32,000 bases of DNA from Candidatus Saccharimonadota bacterium (GTDB taxonomy: Bacteria > Pseudomonadota > Gammaproteobacteria > Enterobacterales > Enterobacteriaceae), in contig NZ_CP010048.1 in assembly GCF_000973505.1 (NCBI RefSeq), forward strand, positions 480,001 through 512,000, given 5' to 3'. The translations under genes and the position numbers were made by a program. The first letter of the stretch is position 1. The number at the start of each line of letters is the position of its first letter. The notes beneath the pieces are model-generated. The model made no database searches. It worked only from the letters and a program-made list of their open reading frames with translations, and had not been told where the DNA came from. Below are positions 11,629-21,096 of this stretch, one piece after another.

Positions 11629-13282
11629 AACTCTATTTATTATAATATATCAAATTATATGGCTTATTGGGATATGAATTAACTAATACAACAATACTAA
11701 AACAACAATTATCAAAAAAAATTAAATTTACCTAGTGAAACTGAGTTAAAGACATATAACTAAATATTAACAATGTTGATGTCATAAATGTCATTTTATG
11801 TTCACCACCTATCAGATTGAAGAATTTTTTTCTAAAATATACATAAATCACAAATTAAGTGTTATGTGAAACAAAACGTTTTTTTACTTTAAATATGCAA
11901 AAATTAAAACACTCACACTTTAAAAAAATAAGAATATTTAAATAAATTACAAATACAACACTACACAATAACTAATACAATACTGAATAATTAAGATACA
12001 GGAACAAAAAATACACCAAACTTTTGATATAATGTACTTATGATACGACACAAGTAATAAGATATCTAAATTCTATTGCTTCATTATACATTCAAGATAT
12101 TACTACTAAAAAATGTATTATTAAACATTTTAAATATCAATATAAAATAAATACTTATATAATTCATAATCCATCCGTGAATATTGATATCACATTTCAT
12201 AATATTTTCTCTCTGTACTTGTAATAATTTAGCTTAAACCAAATAATTAGATTTATGCAAATAAATCACAAGACAAACAATTATCAACAAAAATACTACT
12301 TATTTCATTTCTTAACTCTAATAATGAAATATTTTCTATTAATTTAGTTAAAAATCACCTAATTTGTTTAGGTAACACACCATCCTTAAAAAAAATTTCA
12401 TCCCATGAATTATTATACAAAAAACCTAATTCAATTAAATGATTGTTTTCATCATGTATTCAATATATATTTATTTTTAACTAATCCATATTCAATTATT
12501 AATCTAAATCTACATCATACTCATTCTCATTATTAATAATGTAAATATAAATATTTTTATTAAAAAATTTACATTACATGCTTAATATATGAACGAAAAA
12601 GTACACATTGTACACAATATTATCAAAAATAAAAACATGATATATATAATTCATGATCGATCCTAAAAACAAAAATTCACAAATATTCACACATAATAAT
12701 ATGTCATTTATTATTTTATTCAAAACATATACAACATATTAATATAAAAATATCTCATTAATAATCTATTAACAAAAAACGTCTTAATTACACTCATAAA
12801 ATAAACAAACGTATAATTTACAAAAAAAATTTACAAGACTAAATAAATAAAGAATAATGAACATATAACATAGCTACTTAAAAAAAACTAACTACATTAT
12901 GAATCACTGGATATTAATCTTAAACATCATTATCACTAATAATAAATGTCAATATAAAAATTCGCAAATTATACCTTTTGAAATATAAAATTAAAACTTA
13001 ATTAAAAACATTATAAATAATATAACTGACTCATGATATTAATATCAATTAAGTGAGTAATATCAAATGAACACAAAAAACCATTCAATAAATAAAAATC
13101 TTCCTCGAAATTACAATATATAATGAATTAATAATTTAACACTGACAACAAAGACACGTATCCCAAAAAAACTGACACCTAATTATCAACAATATAAAGT
13201 AATTTTTTTACAACAACAAAATAACAACATATTTAAAATTTTTACATTTATATAAAATATAATCAATTCAATACCTCAATAT

Positions 13283-14773
13283 ATGAAATTTATGTATGTA
13301 AATACAATAACAATTTATAACTTAATATATTGGTTACTCATATTTACATACTGGTTGTTGATTTTAAACATAGTACTGCATATTTTCCTAAAACACAGAA
13401 CGGTATCTTCATCTATCGCCTGGCTATTAACAATTTACATTTCACCATCAATTGGTATTGTTATATATTTATTATTTGGAGAATTCCACTTTGGCAAACA
13501 TCGATCTCAACGAATCAAAAAAATATACATTTCTATTGCACACTGGATACAATCTCTTAAATCTCATCAAAATATCTTTTCAACACAAAACAAAAAAAAA
13601 ATACACCCCCTTTTCCAATTATGTAAGCATCGCCAAGGTATTGGCGCAATTACAGGAAATCATATACAACTAATAAAAAATTTTGACGAAACCATTATTG
13701 CTTTAATTCATGATATTACATTAGCACAAAAAAGTATCGATATCATTTTTTATATCTGGCAATCCGGAGGATTAGTCGAACAACTAACCCAAGCGTTAAT
13801 ACAAGCTGCGCAACGGGGCGTTAAATGTCGAATTCTTCTTGATTCTGCTGGCAGTACTAATTTTTTCCATAGCCCATATCCTGACTCGTTAAAAAAATAT
13901 GGAATAAACATTATAAAAGCATCAGATATTAATATATCACAATTTTTTATACGCCGGGTAGATCTACGACAACATAAAAAAATGATATTAATTGATAATC
14001 ACATTTCTTATATCGGAAGCATGAACATGGTAGACCCGAGATTCTTTAAACAAAATATCGGTATTGGTCAATGGATTGATATCATGGTACGAATAAATGG
14101 CCCAGCCACCCTTGCAATGAAAGTAATTTTTAATTGTGATTGGGAAATAGAAACCGGAGAGCATCTTTTATTACCCCAAATACAACACAATAAAACTGTA
14201 TCACCATATAAAACAATCACTAATTATAATCTTATTCAAAGCATTGCCTCTGGACCAGGATTTCCTAGAGAAATTATTCATGAAGTATTATTAACATCAA
14301 TCTACTCAGCACGAAAAAAAATTATAATCACAACCCCATATCTGATTCCTAGCGACAATATTTTATACGCTATTTGTGCTGCTGCACAACGAGGAGTTAA
14401 AGTTCATATAATTGTACCAAAAAACAACGATTCTATTTTAGTAAATTGGGCAAGCAAAGCTTTTTTCTATCAACTATTAAAAGCAGGAGTACATATCCAT
14501 CAGTTTCAACAAGGACTTTTACATACAAAAAGTATTCTCATCGATGAGAAACTAAGCTTAATAGGTACAGCAAACTTAGATACTCGTAGTATATGGTTGA
14601 ATTTTGAAATTATTGTAGTTATTGATGATAAAAACTTTACTCATGATTTATCCAAACTACAAAAAAGCTATATTTCTTATTCTCAAACAATAAATATTAA
14701 AACATGGACACAACGACCGTACTGGCATCGACTGATCGAAAGATTATTTTACTTCTTTAGTCCACTATTATAA
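13283..14773 (+). CDS. clsA: Cardiolipin synthase A
   Basis: 496-aa ORF colinear with E. coli Cls. N-terminal TM helices, two HKD motifs (RQHKKMILIDNHISYIGSMNMVD and LHTKSILIDEKLSLIGTANLD), and a conserved C-terminus ERLFYFFSPLL. In-frame ATG alternatives exist at codons 1 and 4. Confidence 0.96.
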   Translation: MKFMYVNTITIYNLIYWLLIFTYWLLILNIVLHIFLKHRTVSSSIAWLLTIYISPSIGIVIYLLFGEFHFGKHRSQRIKKIYISIAHWIQSLKSHQNIFSTQNKKKIHPLFQLCKHRQGIGAITGNHIQLIKNFDETIIALIHDITLAQKSIDIIFYIWQSGGLVEQLTQALIQAAQRGVKCRILLDSAGSTNFFHSPYPDSLKKYGINIIKASDINISQFFIRRVDLRQHKKMILIDNHISYIGSMNMVDPRFFKQNIGIGQWIDIMVRINGPATLAMKVIFNCDWEIETGEHLLLPQIQHNKTVSPYKTITNYNLIQSIASGPGFPREIIHEVLLTSIYSARKKIIITTPYLIPSDNILYAICAAAQRGVKVHIIVPKNNDSILVNWASKAFFYQLLKAGVHIHQFQQGLLHTKSILIDEKLSLIGTANLDTRSIWLNFEIIVVIDDKNFTHDLSKLQKSYISYSQTINIKTWTQRPYWHRLIERLFYFFSPLL

Positions 14774-15404
14774 ATTTTAAGTTAATCTTTAAGTATATAA
14801 CAAAAAAATACAACGCATCCATATTTTATAATCATGCAATATTCTATCTAATTATATTATCAAAACATTGTATATTAATATATTTCAAACAATTAATAAA
14901 AATTTCAATGAATAATATAATTATAACTTATACTTTTTAAAACAACTAAAAATATACAATAATCAAAAATTACATTATCATTAAAAAATACACCTAATAC
15001 AATAAAAACACTTAATATATTTCAAAAAATTATATATTTTAAACGATTTTCAAATACTAATTATCAATAGTTATTATAATAACCATTACATCATAAAAAA
15101 TTTACAAAATAAGTAATCAATAATAAATACATCATAATATTGATATACATACATCAATATGTGTTGTTCGATAATGATACTTGTATGTTATTTTATAAAT
15201 AAATTGTATAACACTGTTATTAAGATATATCAACAAAATATTGATCAAAAAATATACAACTATTAATTAAATACATAATCCACAATATATAAATAATTCA
15301 AACATACAACCCTGTCAATTAATAAGAAAACATAAAAATTACTAAAATAATTATTAGTCACGAATAATATACATACGATACACACAATACATAAAGAAAC
15401 AGAA

Positions 15405-16031
15405 TTAAGTAGTATATATTTTCATAAAATGCCTTCGGCATACCGAAAGATAACAATTCTCTTTACCAATCATGATTTGCTTTCCTGAAAATGTTGTTTT
15501 TCCATCAGAATCAAATCGTAAAACACGATTAGCCTTTCGACCACAATAACAAATAGTCTTTAACTCAATTAATTTATCAGCCCAAGCCAATAACCATAAA
15601 CTCCCAGAAAATAATTCAGCTCGAAAATCAGTACGTAAACCATAACACAAAACAGGAATATCAAGCTGATCAACCACACAACCTAAATCAATAACCTGCT
15701 GACGATTAAGAAATTGACATTCATCTATTAATACGCAATGAACAACCTGTTCATTATGTTCAGTAGCTATATCAGAAAAAAAATTTGTATCATCAGTAAA
15801 TGCTTTTGCATAAGACTTAAGCCCTATACGAGATTGTATTTGTATATAATTTTTATTCACATGACCTGCATTATTATGAACACCATTACCATTGTAATCA
15901 AATTTAATATCAAATGCCGTTGTATATATTAAAGTACGCATACCTCTTTCATGATAATTATAAGACGACTGCAACAATGCAGTAGTTTTCCCCGCATTCA
16001 TGGCAGAATAATAAAAATATAATTTAGCCAT
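15405..16031 (-). CDS. tdk: Thymidine kinase
   Basis: 208-aa [29 protein letters not shown] (P-loop), [18 protein letters not shown], zinc-ligand Cys pairs CYCGRKA / SVCRRH. Carries an apparent ~16-aa insertion relative to E. coli Tdk (see findings). Confidence 0.95.
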   Translation of the reverse strand: MAKLYFYYSAMNAGKTTALLQSSYNYHERGMRTLIYTTAFDIKFDYNGNGVHNNAGHVNKNYIQIQSRIGLKSYAKAFTDDTNFFSDIATEHNEQVVHCVLIDECQFLNRQQVIDLGCVVDQLDIPVLCYGLRTDFRAELFSGSLWLLAWADKLIELKTICYCGRKANRVLRFDSDGKTTFSGKQIMIGKENCYLSVCRRHFMKIYTT

Positions 16032-16213
16032 ACGTTAAACATATACCCTATTTAAACTATAAAATACCAACAATTTTTTATTCTACTGAATAAAAAATAT
16101 TACTAATAATTTTAAAATATAGTCATAATAATCAACAACATCAATTTTTTTTAAAATTTTAAAAATGAGCACTTAAAGAATATATTTAAAATCACATTTC
16201 AAAAAAAATTTAC

Positions 16214-16247
16214 ACAACATATCAATGTTGTATAACATTGTATAACA
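16214..16247. repeat. 7-bp inverted repeat ACAACAT-ATCA-ATGTTGT (16214-16231) overlapping a tandem TTGTATAACA x2 (16228-16247)
   Basis: Read directly from the sequence. Located in the divergent tdk / hns spacer. Confidence 0.75.
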
Positions 16248-16511
16248 TTATTATAACAATATCCATACACAACCATGATTAATTTTTACAAAAATACACT
16301 TCAATAATTAATATATATTATTATAAAAAACTTTAAAAAAATTAAATTAATATTTAAATTAACAACCAAAATATAATTTATATTTATTAATTCATGAAGA
16401 TTTATATACAATATTTTTATATAATTATAGCATTAATGAAAGATATACAAAAACAATTGACGCTTATTTTATTTAAAAGCGTATTCATTTATAATATTCG
16501 AGATTAAACTA

Positions 16512-16919
16512 ATGAGCGAAGCACTTAAAATCCTTAATAATATACGCACTCTAAGAGCACAAGCCAGAGAATGTACTTTAGAAACACTAGAAGAAATGTT
16601 AGAAAAACTTGAAGTTGTTGTTAATGAACGACGAGAAGAAGATAACCAAGCACAAGCTGAAATTAAAGAACATACTCGTAAATTGCAACAATATCGTGAA
16701 ATGTTAATTGCCGATGGCATTGACCCCACTGAATTATTACAATCAATGAACACAACAAAAGCTATCAGTAGAAATAAACGTGCAATACGTCCTGCTAAAT
16801 ATCAATATGTCGATGAACAAGGAGAAATAAAAACATGGACAGGACAAGGACGAACACCTGCAATAATTAAAAAAGCTATTGATAAAGACAATAAAACACT
16901 AGAAGATTTTTTACTATAA
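16512..16919 (+). CDS. hns: Nucleoid-associated DNA-binding protein H-NS
   Basis: 135-aa ORF. The first 43 residues ([43 protein letters not shown]) are identical to E. coli H-NS as I remember it. The C-terminal DNA-binding motif TWTGQGRTP is present. Confidence 0.97.
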   Translation: MSEALKILNNIRTLRAQARECTLETLEEMLEKLEVVVNERREEDNQAQAEIKEHTRKLQQYREMLIADGIDPTELLQSMNTTKAISRNKRAIRPAKYQYVDEQGEIKTWTGQGRTPAIIKKAIDKDNKTLEDFLL

Positions 16920-16958
16920 TTTCACTATAAAATACTGTTACTTATTATAATACGCAGC

Positions 16959-16990
16959 AGCCTGCTGACATATAGCAGGCTAATAGTTTT
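16959..16990 (+). terminator. Putative Rho-independent terminator of hns
   Basis: Perfect 8-bp stem AGCCTGCT (16959-16966) / AGCAGGCT (16974-16981) with 7-nt loop GACATAT, followed by AATAGTTTT. It begins about 40 nt after the hns stop. It is the only GC-containing stem-loop plus T-run I could find by eye in any spacer of the window. Confidence 0.6.
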
Positions 16991-17050
16991 AAATTTATCT
17001 ATTAAATAATAATTTTTTACAATATTTACATATTAACCAAATTTAACTAC

Positions 17051-17106
17051 AATATAATATATTATCTACCTCTATAATATAATATATAATATAATATATT
17101 ATCTAC
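17051..17106. repeat. 19-bp direct repeat AATATAATATATTATCTAC (17051-17069 and 17088-17106)
   Basis: Exact copies read directly from the sequence, 18 nt apart, in the convergent hns / epimerase spacer. Low-complexity AT sequence. Confidence 0.8.
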
Positions 17107-17306
17107 ATAATATTCTGTATCTTATCCATAAATAACTAAATTATAACCCCAAATAATAAATCATTATTTACACATCCATCTACTAAAACATCCACAATAA
17201 ATAACATTTTGCACACCAATAACACAATACTAAACATACACATTACAATTTAATAAACAAGATTATTAACAAAGATGTTTATTTAATATAATACCTAAAT
17301 CATTTA

Positions 17307-18356
17307 TTACAATTCTTCTATTTTTCTAGAATTTACTAAAATTCCACCATGATACTCAAAATACCAATTAAGAAATTTTTTTACTCCATGTATTATGGAT
17401 GTTTTCGGTTTAAATTTAATCACTTGATATAAATCGGTAAGTTCATCAGAACAAGTCTCCAACACATCTCCAAATTGCATTGGTAACAAATTCTTTTTAG
17501 CAGTAACCCCAAGTAATTGTTCCAACATTTTAATAAGAGTAGTTAACTCAATAGAATCACTATTAGCTACATTATAAACACAATACGGCACTAAAAAAGA
17601 AGGTTTTAAATTACCATTTTTAGAATTATAAATATCATCACACCCATTAGGAACATTATTTTGAATACGAATAACAACTTCAACAACATCATCAATAAAA
17701 GTAAATGAACGCTTCATATGACCATAATTATAAATATTTATATTTTTACCAGACAATATAGATTTAGTAAACTTAAAAATCGCCATATCTGGACGCCCCC
17801 AAGGCCCATAAACAGTAAATAATCGTAAACCAGTAGTAGGTAATCGATATAAATAAGAATAAGTATAAGACATTAATTCATTAGTTCTCTTAGTAACACC
17901 ATATAGAGAAACAGGATGATTTACAGCATCAAAAGTAGAAAATGGTAATTTATAATTTGATCCATACACTGAACTAGAAGAAGCATAAATCAAATGATTA
18001 ATCTTTTGCAACCGAGATGCTTCAAGAATATTAAGATAACCAATTATATTAGAAGTTGCATATATCATAGGATTTTTCAAAGAATGACGTACCCCAGCTT
18101 GCGCGCCAAAATGAATTACCCTATCAATTTTTTCAAGAAAAAAAATATTTTTAATAGCACGCTCATCAGTTAAATCGCATTTATAAAAAACAAAGTTATC
18201 ATACATTTTTAAAATTTTTAAACGGGCTAATTTCAATGTGATATCATAATAATTATTCAAATTATCTATACCAATAACATCATAACCTTCAATCAACAAT
18301 CGCTTACTAACATGATAGCCAATAAAACCAGCATTACCGGTTACTAAAAATCTCAC
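17307..18356 (-). CDS. NAD-dependent nucleotide-sugar epimerase (extended SDR), most similar to UDP-glucuronate 4-epimerase (Uge/Gla type)
   Basis: 349-aa ORF. Rossmann motif VTGNAGFIGYHV, IDNLNNYYD, ASSSSVYG, catalytic YGVTKRTNE (YxxxK), FTVYGPWGRPDMA. Colinear with enterobacterial UDP-GlcA 4-epimerases as I remember them. GTG start (18356-18354) preceded by AAAGGGGGG, placed directly downstream of ugd. Confidence 0.8.
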   Translation of the reverse strand: MRFLVTGNAGFIGYHVSKRLLIEGYDVIGIDNLNNYYDITLKLARLKILKMYDNFVFYKCDLTDERAIKNIFFLEKIDRVIHFGAQAGVRHSLKNPMIYATSNIIGYLNILEASRLQKINHLIYASSSSVYGSNYKLPFSTFDAVNHPVSLYGVTKRTNELMSYTYSYLYRLPTTGLRLFTVYGPWGRPDMAIFKFTKSILSGKNINIYNYGHMKRSFTFIDDVVEVVIRIQNNVPNGCDDIYNSKNGNLKPSFLVPYCVYNVANSDSIELTTLIKMLEQLLGVTAKKNLLPMQFGDVLETCSDELTDLYQVIKFKPKTSIIHGVKKFLNWYFEYHGGILVNSRKIEEL

Positions 18357-18372
18357 TTACCCCCCTTTATTT
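18357..18372 (-). promoter_or_regulatory. ugd-epimerase junction carrying a strong Shine-Dalgarno
   Basis: On the minus strand: TAG (ugd stop), AAATAAAGGGGGGTAA, GTG (epimerase start). The G6 run (C6 at 18360-18365 on the + strand) is conspicuous in this G-poor genome. Confidence 0.6.
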
Positions 18373-19722
18373 CTACAAATGAATACAAGACATACCACGA
18401 CCAATTCCATAATACACAAACCCACAACTACAAAGATATTCGGGATCATACAAATTTCGCCCATCAAAAATTACAGGATTTTTCAACATAGATTTTATCA
18501 TATTAAAATCCGGCTGGATAAAATCATCCCATTCTGTACAAATAATTAATGCATCAGCATTATGTAACACACTTTCTTTAGTTTTAAAAAAACATAAATC
18601 ATCCCGTTCACCATATATCGCACGCATTACATTCATTGCTTGAGGATCATATGCCTTAATTTTAGCTCCTGCTTTCCACAAAGATTCGATCAACACTCTA
18701 CTAGATGCAAAACTAACATCATCTGTCCCCGGTTTAAATGATAAACCCCATAACGCAAATACCCTATCACGCAAATCTAAACCAAAATAATTTTGTATTA
18801 AAACTAATAATTTATATTTCTGATAATCATTAATCTGTTCTACCACTTTTAACAATCTTGGAACATAACCAAATTGTACAGAATGAAAAATTAATGATTG
18901 TATATCCTTTGAAAAACAAGATCCACCATATCCACAACCTGGAGCAATAAAAAAATTCCCTATACGAGAATCTGAAGCTATCCCTTGACGAACTTTTTCA
19001 ATATCCGCTCCGAATATTTCAGCCAAATTAGCAATTTCATTAATAAAACTGATCTTTGTAGCTAACATACAATTAGCAGCATACTTTGTTAATTCAGCAC
19101 TATTAGTATCCATAAATATCATAACATTTTTTTTGAAATTAAAAGGTCCATATAATTCATATAGTAAATCAATCACATAATTATTGTTACAGTCATTCAC
19201 TCCTAAAATAACACGTTCAGGATACATACAATTAAAAATAGCTGAACCTTCCGTTAAAAATTCTGGGTTAGAAACAACATCAAAAGATAAATCATTACCC
19301 CTTAATTTTAATTGTTTACAAATAAAATCGCCTACTTTATCAACTGTACCTACAGGCACTGTAGATTTCACTAAAATTAATTTATATTGACTCATGTATT
19401 TAGCTATAACTCGCGCTACTGAAAAAATTTGTTGCACATCAACAAAACCACTTTCAGTTAACGGGGTGTTAACTGCAACTAATTGAACCACTCCATAATT
19501 AACAGCATATTCAACATCAATAGTAAAACTTAAACGACCAATATCATAATTTTTCTTCATCAAAAATTCTAATCCTACTTCATAAAATGGCATTATCCCA
19601 TTTTTAATATTTTCAACTTTATACTGATTCGAATCAAAACACATCACCTCATGTCCAACTTCCGCTAACACAACGCCCTGCACTAAACCAACATGACCAA
19701 TACCAAAAATTGTAATTTTCAT
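18373..19722 (-). CDS. ugd: UDP-glucose 6-dehydrogenase (long, ~450-aa type)
   Basis: Motifs MKITIFGIGHVGLV (Rossmann), NPEFLTEG, catalytic-Cys motif GYGGSCFSKD. The ATG at 19722 gives the homology-consistent N-terminus. The track ORF starts 5 codons upstream at a TTG (19737). Confidence 0.9.
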   Translation of the reverse strand: MKITIFGIGHVGLVQGVVLAEVGHEVMCFDSNQYKVENIKNGIMPFYEVGLEFLMKKNYDIGRLSFTIDVEYAVNYGVVQLVAVNTPLTESGFVDVQQIFSVARVIAKYMSQYKLILVKSTVPVGTVDKVGDFICKQLKLRGNDLSFDVVSNPEFLTEGSAIFNCMYPERVILGVNDCNNNYVIDLLYELYGPFNFKKNVMIFMDTNSAELTKYAANCMLATKISFINEIANLAEIFGADIEKVRQGIASDSRIGNFFIAPGCGYGGSCFSKDIQSLIFHSVQFGYVPRLLKVVEQINDYQKYKLLVLIQNYFGLDLRDRVFALWGLSFKPGTDDVSFASSRVLIESLWKAGAKIKAYDPQAMNVMRAIYGERDDLCFFKTKESVLHNADALIICTEWDDFIQPDFNMIKSMLKNPVIFDGRNLYDPEYLCSCGFVYYGIGRGMSCIHL

Positions 19723-19817
19723 TCCATTATTCCACAATAAATATCCCTAAAATATAAAATCAACCTGTTAAATATCAATTAAAATTATATTTATACTTTA
19801 CTAACCACCAAATTATA

Positions 19818-20717
19818 TTAAATAACATTGTTTTTTAACCACAGTTTAAATTTTTCACCTAATTGCTTATGTTTTAAACCATAATCAACAAAAGCCTGCA
19901 TATAACCAAATTTATCACCACAATCATAGCTAAGACCTTTTAAACAATATGCTTCTACCACTTCTTGCTTTATAAGCATAGCAATAGCATCCGTTAATTG
20001 AATTTCATTACCTACCCCAGGTTCAGTTTTCTTCAATAATGACCAAATACTAGAAGACAAGACATAACGCCCAACCATAGATAAATTAGAAAACAAAAAA
20101 TTGACATTTGGCTTTTCTACCACTTCTAAAATTTTAATACTATTTCCTGGTTTTAAGTTATCCTTTCTACAATTAACTACACCATAACTTTTAATATCCG
20201 ATACATATTTGACTAAAATTTGGCTATAACCTGTTTGAGAAAAACGATCAAGCATTGCAGAAAGATTATCAGTTTGCACATTAGATTGATAATTATTTAT
20301 GATTACATCAGGTAAAACAATTGCTACCGGTTCATTACCAACCAAAGGATGAGCACATGAAATTGCATGTCCTAAACCACGTGTAAAACCCTGACGAACC
20401 TGCATAATTGTTACATTAGGGGGACAAATCTCTTGAATTTCTGACAATAATTGACGTTTGACGCGTTTCTCTAATATTGTCTCTAATTCAAAACTTGTAT
20501 CAAAATGATTTTCAATAGAATTTTTAGATGAATGCGTTACTAAAATAATCTTATAAATTCCAGAAGTAATACACTCATTAACTACAAATTGTATTAATGG
20601 TGTATCTACTAATGGAAGCATTTCTTTCGGAATCGCCTTAGTTGCCGGCAACATACGAGTCCCTAATCCAGCAACTGGAATCACTGCTTTTTCCACTTTA
20701 CACGAAAGAGTAGACAT
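19818..20717 (-). CDS. galU: UTP--glucose-1-phosphate uridylyltransferase
   Basis: 299-aa [57 protein letters not shown]. Colinear with E. coli GalU. Confidence 0.96.
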   Translation of the reverse strand: MSTLSCKVEKAVIPVAGLGTRMLPATKAIPKEMLPLVDTPLIQFVVNECITSGIYKIILVTHSSKNSIENHFDTSFELETILEKRVKRQLLSEIQEICPPNVTIMQVRQGFTRGLGHAISCAHPLVGNEPVAIVLPDVIINNYQSNVQTDNLSAMLDRFSQTGYSQILVKYVSDIKSYGVVNCRKDNLKPGNSIKILEVVEKPNVNFLFSNLSMVGRYVLSSSIWSLLKKTEPGVGNEIQLTDAIAMLIKQEVVEAYCLKGLSYDCGDKFGYMQAFVDYGLKHKQLGEKFKLWLKNNVI

Positions 20718-21096
20718 GCAACACCTCTTAATTATAATGAAATGTCTTTATTGTAAATACATAAAATATCATACAAAATCAAAAAAATTATTTAATACAA
20801 CAAGCATAGCATATAATAACAAACACACCATTAATCTACTACTTACAATTTTTAAAAACTGCGGAAATATTTTATCAAAAAAAATTTCAAAACATATTTA
20901 TTGTTCTAAAAACTAACAAAATCTTGTTTATATATTAACAATATTTGTGATACAATTTAATTTTTAACTCAAAATAAATTTGCATGTGCCAAGTATTCAA
21001 ACATTAGTACACATTAATAAATTTAATAAATAATAATACTGTAGATTTAAGATACATAACCTAGTACCATTAGCTCTAAAAAAATAAAAATTTACA

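Noticed and set aside
15137-15160. 8-bp-stem hairpin ATATTGAT / ATCAATAT in the convergent cls / tdk spacer, considered as a bidirectional terminator
   Set aside because: The stem has only one G:C pair and no flanking T-run. Similar palindromes are frequent in this composition.
15165-15180. GTTCGAT string resembling a tRNA T-loop
   Set aside because: The surrounding 80 nt are almost pure A/T, with no acceptor, D or anticodon stems. I found no tRNA-like G/C-rich island in any spacer.
17122-17130. DnaA-box-like 9-mers TTATCCATA (17122-17130) and TTATCCAAC (28224-28232)
   Set aside because: These are isolated, imperfect matches with no clustering, no adjacent AT-rich 13-mer array that stands out from background, and no change in strand skew. 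This is not an origin.
17252-17283. 8-bp inverted repeat AATAAACA / TGTTTATT downstream of the epimerase gene
   Set aside because: It has a 16-nt loop, a nearly all-A/T stem and no T-tract on the relevant strand, so it is not distinguishable from chance.
20716-20916. 66-aa ORF in the galU / xthA divergent spacer
   Set aside because: Its start overlaps the galU start codon on the opposite strand. The translation is K/I/N-rich low complexity with no ribosome-binding site.
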